Shown in pieces: positions 9,681 through 19,244 of a stretch of 64,000 nucleotides of DNA. Source of the stretch: a plasmid; the sequence record NZ_CP106960.1. One strand, 5' to 3'. Positions within the stretch are counted from its first letter, which is position 1, and each line of letters starts with the position of its first letter. The notes beneath the pieces were generated by a model. The model was not told the DNA's origin, made no database searches, and saw nothing but the letters and a program-made list of their open reading frames with translations. Made by a program: the position numbers and the translations under genes.

Positions 9681-9803
9681 TTAGCCGCAGACCGCACGGA
9701 TGTTTTTGCCTGCGTGGCCGTAACATCGTGGAGGTCACGCCGGTAAAGCGGAGCGTGCGACATCCTTTTTGCTTAAAAGCGGGGCGCTCTGCCCCGCCTC
9801 AAT

Positions 9804-10583
9804 TCAGGCTGCGATCCGGATCCCGGAAAATGATTTCATCATCACATCGATTTCCGCTCGGGCTGTTTTCACAACATCCCGTAACCAGTGGCGGTCAAAC
9901 CAGACACGTGACGGGCTGTCAGGATGCCGAAGGGCATAGGGAACATGCGTCTGGCCGACGGTGCGCCCGTTACACTCCAGGCGGATCTGCAGACGGCGGA
10001 AGGTTTCTTTCTCGTCGAGCACGGCTTTCAGCCTGGCATCCAGCGTATCGTTGTCCCATTCAGCATCGTCCTGAACCTGCTCCACCTCTGTCACCGTCAG
10101 GGTGAAATTGCGTGTGCGGCGGGTCAGTACCAGCGGTTCTGTGGCAGGCCGCAGCGCTTCGGTCAGGCGATACCCTGCCGACGCCACGCAGCTGCAGACG
10201 TGATTGATTTCGTCTCGCAGTGCTTTCAGCAGGCAGAGGATTTGTGGCGTATTCATCCCGGCAGGACAGTTGTCGTATTCCAGTGAAATGGTTCCGGCAT
10301 GTGCCTTTCGGTGCCCCAGCGAGTTCCTGTAAAGGCGAACGACCAGTTCGCTTCTGTGGATCAGCGGCAGCAGCATCTGCACTGCCTGTTCGCTCATTAA
10401 TCCCCGCAGGGCGATTTCAGGTAACAGTCGCTGCAGTTGCGCGGCATCGAGCTGGCCATAAAACGCCACGCCCTCCCCACGCGAGTAATTCAGGCTGGTA
10501 TCGATATCCATCGTGGCTGGCCAGCCACGCGAAACCAGTGTGTTGCGGGTATGGCGGTGCATAAAGCGATAAGCGGTGGTCAT
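9804..10583 (-). CDS. Hypothetical leading-region protein, 259 aa
   Basis: ORF bracketed by family-B repeats 1 and 2. No recognisable motif. Confidence 0.55.
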   Translation of the reverse strand: MTTAYRFMHRHTRNTLVSRGWPATMDIDTSLNYSRGEGVAFYGQLDAAQLQRLLPEIALRGLMSEQAVQMLLPLIHRSELVVRLYRNSLGHRKAHAGTISLEYDNCPAGMNTPQILCLLKALRDEINHVCSCVASAGYRLTEALRPATEPLVLTRRTRNFTLTVTEVEQVQDDAEWDNDTLDARLKAVLDEKETFRRLQIRLECNGRTVGQTHVPYALRHPDSPSRVWFDRHWLRDVVKTARAEIDVMMKSFSGIRIAA

Positions 10584-10616
10584 GATGTTCTCCTTATACT
10601 GATGCGGCGACGTCTT

Positions 10617-10842
10617 CGCCGTGCCGACACGACAGCCCGACTTCGAGCGGAAGATGCAAGGGCGACACCGCAGGCCGCAGCGCAGATAAAAGCGAGGACG
10701 TTCTGGACGGTTCTCCCGCGAAACCTGAGCGGGAGAACGACGGGAAGAACGGCATCAGGCGTAAAAATCTGCGACCGGGCGAGGATGGCGGCAAAGCGAA
10801 CCCTTGCATCTGGAGCGTTCGGGCTAAAGTGAAGGCACGGCG
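10617..10842. repeat. Family-B hairpin repeat copy 2
   Basis: Near-identical to 9455..9680 and 11770..11994. Confidence 0.75.
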
Positions 10843-10938
10843 CTGATATCCGCCGCGCTGGCGCGGCATAAAAAGCGGAGTAAACGACATCCTTGTGCGT
10901 TGAAAATACCGGCCAGCAAATCCTGGCCGGGCATAGCG

Positions 10939-11274
10939 TTATCGGGTGTACTCCTGCCATTCCATATCAAATCTGTCCCTGACCACCGGCAATTCGGGCG
11001 TACCGGTGACGATCCAACTGTCGAGGAACTTCAGTCCACGCAGCAATGTATTTTCAACTTCATCCAGTAACACTATGCTGCTGAACCAGACCTTTCTCTC
11101 AGGAAATAGCCAGCAGTGATCTGCGCTGTCCTCTTTCACATCTGGCCACCAGGTTCGCCCCATAGACATGGCGCCAGCTTCGGCCAGGGCAAGATTTTCA
11201 GCTTCAATAAGCATATAAACATCGGTTTCAGTGCAGTGGGTTTCGGTCTGAAATCCTGTCAGCCAGGTGTTCAT
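10939..11274 (-). CDS. Hypothetical protein, 111 aa (second gene of a 2-gene operon)
   Basis: Overlaps the upstream ORF by 4 nt (ATGA), indicating translational coupling. Confidence 0.5.
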   Translation of the reverse strand: MNTWLTGFQTETHCTETDVYMLIEAENLALAEAGAMSMGRTWWPDVKEDSADHCWLFPERKVWFSSIVLLDEVENTLLRGLKFLDSWIVTGTPELPVVRDRFDMEWQEYTR

Positions 11275-11738
11275 AGGTCTTTTACCTCATTGATGGCAAA
11301 CCGCAGGTGATCCCAGTTAAATCCATAGTTAGCATCGTGCGCGTAATAAGCGCGCTCCATCGCCGCTGCAATCGTCGCGCTATCAAGCGAGCTATCGACC
11401 GCAAGAAAATCATCTTCAAGCCAGAATGTGCCGGTGCAGAGCGCGTCCTGGGGGTATTCCTGCAGACGGGTCATCATTCCTCCCACAGTCATCTCTCGCC
11501 GCAAAATATGGGACGGGGTAAGCACAGAATCTGCGACATCGTTCCAGCACCATTCTTCATCATCGGGTACAGACTGCTGAATGGTCTGGAGCTGCACACC
11601 CGGCATCCTGGAAAGTCGTTCCAGCACATCCCCCAGATACAGTCTTTCACCGCTACCGTCTTCACTTCCCAGGTAATGGTTATTGAGATAGACGGCAAAC
11701 TCGCCATTATCGAGATCAATACAGGTCAGTCTGAACAT
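11271..11738 (-). CDS. Hypothetical acidic protein, about 155 aa (first gene of a 2-gene operon)
   Basis: ORF track 11271..11783. The start is placed at the Met (MFRLTC...) just outside repeat B3. Confidence 0.5.
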   Translation of the reverse strand: MFRLTCIDLDNGEFAVYLNNHYLGSEDGSGERLYLGDVLERLSRMPGVQLQTIQQSVPDDEEWCWNDVADSVLTPSHILRREMTVGGMMTRLQEYPQDALCTGTFWLEDDFLAVDSSLDSATIAAAMERAYYAHDANYGFNWDHLRFAINEVKDL

Positions 11739-11769
11739 TACGCTCTCATCCTCATTCGGCACCCAGTTG

Positions 11770-11994
11770 CGCCGTGCCGACACGACAGCCCGACTTCGAG
11801 CGGAAGATGCAAGGGCGACACCGCAGGCCGCAGCGCAGATAAAAGCGATGACGTTCTGGACGGTTCTCCCGCGAAAATTGAGCGGGAGAACGACGGGAAG
11901 AACGGCATCAGGCTTAAAATTTGCGACCGGGCGAGGATGGCGGCGAAGCGAACCCTTGCATCTGCAGCGTTCGGGCTAAAGTGAAGGCACGGCG
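11770..11994. repeat. Family-B hairpin repeat copy 3
   Basis: Same as above. It is followed by a conserved about 60-bp tail that is also present after copy 2. Confidence 0.75.
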
Positions 11995-12220
11995 CTGATA
12001 TCTGCCGCCCTGGCGCGGCATAAAAAGCGGAGCAAGCGACGTCTTTCATAAGGCACCAAATTTGAGATACTGCATCATAGCGGTGCCTGTTATGTATATA
12101 TTTTTTGGTAAGAAACTTGTTATAGTCGGTAGACTGTAGTGAAATTTTTGTTCAACCTTCTGAAGTTTTTTCTTATTATCATTCCTAATGCAGATATATT
12201 ATTAATTAACAGGATTTTTT

Positions 12221-12898
12221 ATGGCCGGAAGAGAAGATGGTTTAAAGGCACTTTTTGACACGCGATTTATAAGCGCTTGCAGCTACTTTAAAGGCATGGA
12301 AGTTAGAATGCCACTGAATGGGCTAGATCAATTTTTTAATGCGGACACTTTATTTTCAACATTCGATAAATTTTTCATAGTTGAATTTAAATCTTATCAA
12401 TCCAGCCTGAATGCAGAAAGAAAGAAGCCTACGGCTTGCCAAATTTGTTGCGACTTACCTGTTAGCCCTACAATAATACCTTTACATGATGCCTGTCACT
12501 TTGCTATGTGGGGGAATATAGAAGAGACTTTGCTCTACGGAAATTACGACATATACAGAAAATGCGTCTGCAATTCATCTGTATTACCTACGTGCCGAGG
12601 GGCTGCGCAGTCCATGTTTTCACCAAACCCTAAACATTACGATGTTCTTGCCAGATTAGCAGGGCGAAACAACGCAGGATTAAATGCAGATGACTTTCTG
12701 ATTTATCTTGAATGGCTACTTGGCAGGAGAGGAGGAAGTGGCGAAGGTCGTGGAGATTTCAATGCAGCAATATATGCGACATCAACTACTCATGCTGTTA
12801 ATGGAGTTCCGTTCAAAAGCATGGCTAGCCTACAACGGTGGTCGAAGGGGGTTCGCCCAGGCAAACGGAATGATGACTGGGATAGCTTCAGTTTTTAG
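12221..12898 (+). CDS. Hypothetical protein, 225 aa, AT-rich codon usage (orphan)
   Basis: ORF with an AT-rich 180-bp upstream region. Composition differs from its neighbours. No motif recognised. Confidence 0.5.
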   Translation: MAGREDGLKALFDTRFISACSYFKGMEVRMPLNGLDQFFNADTLFSTFDKFFIVEFKSYQSSLNAERKKPTACQICCDLPVSPTIIPLHDACHFAMWGNIEETLLYGNYDIYRKCVCNSSVLPTCRGAAQSMFSPNPKHYDVLARLAGRNNAGLNADDFLIYLEWLLGRRGGSGEGRGDFNAAIYATSTTHAVNGVPFKSMASLQRWSKGVRPGKRNDDWDSFSF

Positions 12899-12923
12899 AT
12901 AATATTCATTTTATGACGATCTG

Positions 12924-13215
12924 GGTAATGACTCCAACTTACTGATAGTGTTTTATGTTCAGATAATGCCCGATGACCTTGTCATGCAGCTCCACCGATT
13001 TTGAGAACGACAGTGACTTCCGTCCCAGCCTTGCCAGATGTTGTCTCAGATTCAGGTTATGTCGCTCAATGCGCTGAGTGTAACGCTTGCTGATAACGTG
13101 CAGCTTTCCCTTCAGGCGGGATTCATACAGCGGCCAGCCATCCGTCATCCATACCACGACCTCAAAGGCCGACAGCAGGCCCAGAAGACGCTCCAGCGTG
13201 GCCAACGTGCGTTAC
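12924..13215 (-). mobile_element. Truncated IS1 (3' about 290 bp including the IRR and the InsB C-terminus)
   Basis: The IS1 terminal repeat ggtaatgactccaacttactgat is present. The 88-aa ORF equals the C-terminal half of InsB. Confidence 0.75.
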
Positions 13216-13309
13216 CTAACAATAAACCTGTTTAAATATCCAGATAAAAACATTCAATCTGGGTCAAATGAGTGATACAGTTTCACCCATAAGACCCAAT
13301 GGAGGCAAT

Positions 13310-14743
13310 ATGTCTGAATTTGAATTACTGGCGCAGGATCTGCTTGAGAAAGCAGAAGCGGAAGAACAACTGCGACAGGAAAATGATAAAAAGCTGCTCG
13401 GGCAGGTGCTGGAAATCTATGACCAGAAGTACGTGGCTGAACTGCTTAGAAAAGTTGGTAAAAATGAGTGGAGTCGCGAGACTCTTAATCGCTGGATTAA
13501 TGGTAAGTGCTCACCTAAGACGCTGACGTTAGCCGAAGAGGAACTTCTACGAAAAATGCTTCCGGAAGCGCCTGCACATCACCCTGACTATGCCTTCCGG
13601 TTTATTGACCTGTTTGCTGGGATTGGAGGTATACGGAAGGGCTTCGAAACCATCGGTGGCCAGTGCGTTTTTACCAGTGAATGGAATAAAGAGGCTGTGC
13701 GCACATATAAAGCTAACTGGTTTAACGATGCTCAGGAACACACTTTCAATCTCGATATTCGGGAAGTCACGCTCAGTGATAAACCTGAAGTACCTGAAAA
13801 CGATGCCTATGCTTACATTAATGAGCATGTGCCGGATCATGATGTACTTCTAGCAGGTTTCCCCTGTCAACCGTTCAGCCTTGCGGGCGTAAGCAAGAAA
13901 AACTCGCTCGGGCGCGCGCATGGTTTCGAATGTGAGGCTCAGGGAACGCTTTTCTTCGATGTGGCGCGTATTATACGCGCAAAAAAACCTGCCATCTTTG
14001 TTCTTGAAAACGTTAAAAACCTGAAGAGCCATGACAAGGGTAAAACCTTTAAAGTCATCATGGATACCCTCGACGAACTGGGCTATGAAGTTGCGGATGC
14101 AGCTGAGATGGGCAAAAACGATCCTAAAGTTATCGACGGAAAGCACTTTTTACCTCAGCACCGAGAACGTATCGTTTTGGTCGGTTTCCGTCGTGATCTG
14201 AACATTCACCAGGGCTTTACCCTGCGCGATATTAGTCGTTTTTATCCGGAACAGCGTCCGTCATTTGGCGAACTGCTGGAACCCGTGGTTGACAGCAAAT
14301 ATATACTGACGCCGAAACTCTGGGAGTATCTCTATAACTACGCCAAAAAGCACGCAGCTAAGGGTAACGGATTCGGTTTTGGCCTCGTTAATCCTGAAAA
14401 TAAAGAAAGCATTGCCCGTACGCTTTCTGCTCGCTATCACAAAGACGGGTCTGAAATTCTGATAGACCGTGGCTGGGATATGGCCACAGGTGAAACAGAC
14501 TTCGCGAACGAAGAAAATCAGGCGCATCGGCCCCGCAGGCTGACTCCACGAGAGTGCGCGCGCCTTATGGGTTTTGAAAAAGTAGATGGCAGGCCTTTTC
14601 GCATTCCTGTGTCAGACACTCAGTCGTACAGGCAGTTCGGTAACTCCGTAGTGGTGCCCGTGTTTGAAGCCGTAGCCAAACTGCTTGAACCTTATATCCT
14701 GAAAGCGGTTAATGCCGATTCGTGCAAGGTTGAACGAATCTGA
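13310..14743 (+). CDS. ecoRIIM: C5-cytosine DNA methyltransferase M.EcoRII (CCWGG), 477 aa
   Basis: Motif [11 protein letters not shown], motif IV PCQPFS, ENVKNL. Size and convergent partner match the EcoRII system. Start set at MSEFELL. Confidence 0.85.
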
Positions 14744-14776
14744 TCGCTCCTCCCGGTATTTATGCCGGGAGATAAT

Positions 14777-15991
14777 CTATGGAATATCTGCGTAAAGCCC
14801 TGTCAGCTCAGCAATAAACGCACCTAGCGTCATTAGCTCAGCTCTCACCGCCTCCGGGTATTTTTTGTGCAGCGATGATGGCACGACCAATCTGACACCC
14901 GACTCCCGCATCTCCCGATATTGAGCCAGAGAAACTCCCTCTTGGAGTGTAAACAGATGCACCTGATGAATTTTATCGGCCTCATTCAGTATCTGACGCC
15001 AGCGATCCTTACAGGTAGTCTTGACTGCCAGCATGCGCAGATTTTCTACGGGAAACTCAGTATCGTGGTAAGCCCCTGCGGAAGGGAAAAGGAAATCGGG
15101 TTTTTTATTACCTTCTGTGATGGCCTGCGTCGCAAAGTGTCGCAGGCCGTGCTCAATGAATAGATGCTCCAGGTGCAGTTCCAGCGACTTCCCGGCTCTG
15201 GATTTACGGCGATTGCTGACAGAATTGGCCAGCGCAATAAATTCATCCACAGAGCCAAATCCTTTCCGGATGATATCCAGAACATGCAGTTCCTCAACCA
15301 ATAGAAATATGTCGTACTCCACGCGCCGGCGGTCAAGAAGTTGCTCATCCGGATCAAGGGAATTTTTCACATAATGGCTGGCTGCATACTGAATAATTTC
15401 ACTTCCCGACGGAAAGCGCAGGTGCCAGTCTTCAGGTAGAATATATTTATGATTTACTGGCGCTTGCTGTAGAGATAGTCCGCCTAGAATCTGTCCTGCG
15501 GGGCCGGATATAAGCGCTCCGGGTATAACTTCACCAATAGCGGTCTCAATGACGTCCTCTTCATCAGTGCTGGCGCATACCCAAATATTTACTTCCTTAC
15601 AGTCCCCCCCTTGCTCATCAAGCTTGAAAGCCAGGAGCGTCAGAGCCCCTGTATTTTCAGGATTCTGAAGTGGGCTGCCTCTACCCCAGCGGGTAATCCT
15701 TTTTTCATTCCGGGTTTTACCAAAATGACGGCTGTTATAATAAATTGCCCGGGCTTCGCTGTCAGGGCAATCATGCGATGACACATGTGCGGTGAGAAAA
15801 ACCGAAGGGTTCAGTTCACGGGTATGGTTGATAGACGGAAAGAGTTTTTCAACGATACCTGAAGGGATATAAAGCCCTACCTGGTGACCACCTGTTGCGC
15901 CGGTATCGTTGGCGGAAAGGCGTTTGATGTAGACGAAGTAATTCTCACATGCGATCTCAAGTAGCCAGTTGTGGAAAACCGACATAAGCAT
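14777..15991 (-). CDS. ecoRIIR: Type IIE restriction endonuclease R.EcoRII, 404 aa
   Basis: 404 aa, tail to tail with the methylase. The N-terminus (M)SVFHNWLLEIACENYFVYIKRLSANDTG is consistent with EcoRII. Confidence 0.8.
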   Translation of the reverse strand: MLMSVFHNWLLEIACENYFVYIKRLSANDTGATGGHQVGLYIPSGIVEKLFPSINHTRELNPSVFLTAHVSSHDCPDSEARAIYYNSRHFGKTRNEKRITRWGRGSPLQNPENTGALTLLAFKLDEQGGDCKEVNIWVCASTDEEDVIETAIGEVIPGALISGPAGQILGGLSLQQAPVNHKYILPEDWHLRFPSGSEIIQYAASHYVKNSLDPDEQLLDRRRVEYDIFLLVEELHVLDIIRKGFGSVDEFIALANSVSNRRKSRAGKSLELHLEHLFIEHGLRHFATQAITEGNKKPDFLFPSAGAYHDTEFPVENLRMLAVKTTCKDRWRQILNEADKIHQVHLFTLQEGVSLAQYREMRESGVRLVVPSSLHKKYPEAVRAELMTLGAFIAELTGLYADIP

Positions 15992-16230
15992 CCCCTGTTA
16001 CCCTGAAACTCTACTCACCATTTTTTCATGATTATATACAAACAGCCAGAAAGGCTGTTACAGACGATTTGATCTGCAACCTATTGGTTAAATTAATGTA
16101 TCAAAAACGATGGTTTTTGTGACAGTCTTGAAAAGTCCTGACTTCTCCCGAAAAATGACTCCCCTCATGTAACAAAACTCGTTACTGTATCAACATAACA
16201 ATAACCCCATAACTAATTAGCGAGAAAAGA

Positions 16231-16800
16231 ATGAAAATCGGCTATGCACGTAAATCTACGCATCTTCAGGATGTGGCGCACCAGGTTGACGAACTAACAA
16301 AAGCTGGATGTGAGCAAATCTATCAGGATCAGACCTCACGTAGCGGCCCCAAGCGCGACAAAAAAGGTGCGCCGGAACTGGAGAACTGCCTGAAAGCATT
16401 GCGCGAGGGAGATACCCTAGTAGTTTGGGCACTAGATCGGCTCGGCGGTTCATTGGGTCAAGTCATTACTTTACTCGACGACCTGAAGAAACGCGGAATA
16501 ACTTTCATAGCCATCAAGGACAGAATAGACACAAATGCGCCAGTTATAGGGGAAATCTATACTCATCTGATGGCGATATTCTCTAGCTTTGAACGCAACC
16601 GCAATATTGAAAGAACGCGCTCAGGCCTTGCAGCTGCACGCGCAAGGGGCCGTGTGGGAGGGAGAAAACCGTCACTTTCTGAAGAAGATGTTAAACAAAT
16701 TAGAATCTTACTTGCTGATCCTGAAATGACAGTTGGTGCAGTTGCTAAGCGCTTCAACGTTTCTCGCATGACTATTTATCGCTACACCACAAAATCATGA
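16231..16800 (+). CDS. Serine recombinase (Hin/Gin-like resolvase or DNA invertase), 189 aa
   Basis: N-terminal catalytic domain (MKIGYARKST, the serine is in motif-A context). C-terminal HTH ...VSRMTIYRY. Confidence 0.8.
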   Translation: MKIGYARKSTHLQDVAHQVDELTKAGCEQIYQDQTSRSGPKRDKKGAPELENCLKALREGDTLVVWALDRLGGSLGQVITLLDDLKKRGITFIAIKDRIDTNAPVIGEIYTHLMAIFSSFERNRNIERTRSGLAAARARGRVGGRKPSLSEEDVKQIRILLADPEMTVGAVAKRFNVSRMTIYRYTTKS

Positions 16801-17541
16801 ATGACCGCAGCATGGCGGTTTTATTTTCTTATGCCCGTCAGGGCATGGAAGGCGACCACGCCGGACTTAAACGGGCACCGGCCGCAAATCGCCGGAAACC
16901 GCAACGCTGACCGTATCGCCCGGCCCAGCCCCTCCCTGCAAAGCCATAACCCAGCCCGCCGCCACGCAGCTGCCGCACGTCCCCCACGGTGGTGCGCAGT
17001 GGGCGCCGCGCGCCTGCGCGCGGGAACGGCGGCCCGCCTTCGGGTCGCGGCGCCGTACTGCGCGTTAGCGGCCGCACGCGGCCGGTTACGGGGGACACTA
17101 CGCCATACGACCAGCGACCCGCTGAGCTGCACAATCCACGGATAACACAAGCTACATACATGTCGATATGGGAATCGGCCCACCTTGCCGGGCTGCGTAA
17201 TTGCATCGGACTTGACTACCCATTTGCATTTTACTTGGTGACCGTTTGCAGATTACTTGACCATCACCAACTAAATCTGTCCCATTAGATTTAGTTGGCG
17301 TAAGGCCTTACATCTTAACGGCTGCTGTGTGCCAACAGCGGAAGTTGCTAACCGGATTTTTACTGAAGCTTGAGCAGCGATGCCACTTACTGATGCCTAT
17401 CAGTAATGGGGCTCTTGATGATTCAAATAAAAAAGATTAAATTGATTGAGATTATTCCTATTTTATTGATCGTTTTCGCATGAGCTTGGAAAACCATGAA
17501 TCAGATCTTCACTATATAAAACAACGAACTATGGAGGAAGC

Positions 17542-17676
17542 GTGGGCGGCGAAACTAAGAATATTGATGAGATTGCAGGTATCATTTCCAGTAGAATTTT
17601 TGATGAATTAGGCTGGAAAACCCAAAAAACAACGGATATAAGTTGGGACTGTTGTTTGAGATCTCATCTAAACGCT
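17542..17676 (+). pseudogene. 5' remnant (45 codons, GGAGGA RBS plus GTG) of an unknown gene truncated by IS1 insertion
   Basis: The reading frame with a good SD runs straight into the IS1 left end. Confidence 0.35.
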
Positions 17677-17732
17677 AGGTGATGCTGCCAACTTACTGAT
17701 TTAGTGTATGATGGTGTTTTTGAGGTGCTCCA

Positions 17733-18008
17733 GTGGCTTCTGTTTCTATCAGCTGTCCCTCCTGTTCAGCTACTGACGGGGTGGTGCGTAACGGCAAAAG
17801 CACCGCCGGACATCAGCGCTATCTCTGCTCTCACTGCCGTAAAACATGGCAACTGCAGTTCACTTACACCGCTTCTCAACCCGGTACGCACCAGAAAATC
17901 ATTGATATGGCCATGAATGGCGTTGGATGCCGGGCAACCGCCCGCATTATGGGCGTTGGCCTCAACACGATTTTCCGCCATTTAAAAAACTCAGGCCGCA
18001 GTCGGTAA
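17733..18008 (+). CDS. insA: IS1 InsA
   Basis: 91 aa, [23 protein letters not shown]... Confidence 0.9.
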   Translation: MASVSISCPSCSATDGVVRNGKSTAGHQRYLCSHCRKTWQLQFTYTASQPGTHQKIIDMAMNGVGCRATARIMGVGLNTIFRHLKNSGRSR

Positions 18009-18430
18009 CCTCGCGCATACAGCCGGGCAGTGACGTCATCGTCTGCGCGGAAATGGACGAACAGTGGGGATACGTCGGGGCTAAATCGCGCCAGCGCTGG
18101 CTGTTTTACGCGTATGACAGGCTCCGGAAGACGGTTGTTGCGCACGTATTCGGTGAACGCACTATGGCGACGCTGGGGCGTCTTATGAGCCTGCTGTCAC
18201 CCTTTGACGTGGTGATATGGATGACGGATGGCTGGCCGCTGTATGAATCCCGCCTGAAGGGAAAGCTGCACGTAATCAGCAAGCGATATACGCAGCGAAT
18301 TGAGCGGCATAACCTGAATCTGAGGCAGCACCTGGCACGGCTGGGACGGAAGTCGCTGTCGTTCTCAAAATCGGTGGAGCTGCATGACAAAGTCATCGGG
18401 CATTATCTGAACATAAAACACTATCAATAA
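17927..18430 (+). CDS. insB: IS1 InsB (made as an InsAB' fusion by frameshift)
   Basis: 167-aa frame overlapping insA. Confidence 0.85.
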   Translation: MPGNRPHYGRWPQHDFPPFKKLRPQSVTSRIQPGSDVIVCAEMDEQWGYVGAKSRQRWLFYAYDRLRKTVVAHVFGERTMATLGRLMSLLSPFDVVIWMTDGWPLYESRLKGKLHVISKRYTQRIERHNLNLRQHLARLGRKSLSFSKSVELHDKVIGHYLNIKHYQ

Positions 18431-18454
18431 GTTGGAGTCATTACCCTGCGGGCG

Positions 18455-19213
18455 TTGCCGGCGGGTTTATTGCTCGTGATGATCGTCCGACAGATTCCAA
18501 CGGGAATCTGGTGGATGCGCATCTTCATCCTCGGCGCACTTAATATTTCGCTATTCTGGAGCTTGTTGTTTATTTCGGTCTACCGCCTGCCGGGCGGGGT
18601 CGCGGCGACGGTAGGCGCTGTGCAGCCGCTGATGGTCGTGTTCATCTCTGCCGCTCTGCTAGGTAGCCCGATACGATTGATGGCGGTCCTGGGGGCTATT
18701 TGCGGAACTGCGGGCGTGGCGCTGTTGGTGTTGACACCAAACGCAGCGCTAGATCCTGTCGGCGTCGCAGCGGGCCTGGCGGGGGCGGTTTCCATGGCGT
18801 TCGGAACCGTGCTGACCCGCAAGTGGCAACCTCCCGTGCCTCTGCTCACCTTTACCGCCTGGCAACTGGCGGCCGGAGGACTTCTGCTCGTTCCAGTAGC
18901 TTTAGTGTTTGATCCGCCAATCCCGATGCCTACAGGAACCAATGTTCTCGGCCTGGCGTGGCTCGGCCTGATCGGAGCGGGTTTAACCTACTTCCTTTGG
19001 TTCCGGGGGATCTCGCGACTCGAACCTACAGTTGTTTCCTTACTGGGCTTTCTCAGCCCGGGGACCGCCGTGTTGCTAGGATGGTTGTTCTTGGATCAGA
19101 CGCTGAGTGCGCTTCAAATCATCGGCGTCCTGCTCGTGATCGGGAGTATCTGGCTGGGCCAACGTTCCAACCGCACTCCTAGGGCGCGTATAGCTTGCCG
19201 GAAGTCGCCTTGA
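18455..19213 (+). pseudogene. pecM: pecM-like EamA/DMT-family transporter, N-terminally truncated by IS1 (Tn1721 tet module)
   Basis: 10-TM-like 252-aa frame starting directly at the IS1 boundary. Convergent with tetA(A), as in Tn1721. Confidence 0.65.
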
Positions 19214-19244
19214 CCCGCATGGCATAGGCCTATCGTTTCCACGA

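Larger units (their letters stand above)
17677..18445 (+). mobile_element. IS1 copy 1 (768 bp)
   Basis: Terminal repeats GGTGATGCTGCCAACTTACTGAT and GGTAATGACTCCAACTTATTGATAG(rc). Carries insA and insB. Confidence 0.9.

Noticed and set aside
8914-9738. 274-aa version of the ardA ORF extending 108 codons upstream
   Set aside because: The extension runs through the family-B hairpin repeat. The true ArdA starts at the MSTTTPAIYVG Met (9414).
16801-17288. Overlapping 99-122-aa ORFs in a 70%+ GC stretch after the resolvase gene
   Set aside because: No consistent frame, extreme Ala/Arg/Pro content, and overlapping on both strands. Most likely non-coding remnant DNA.
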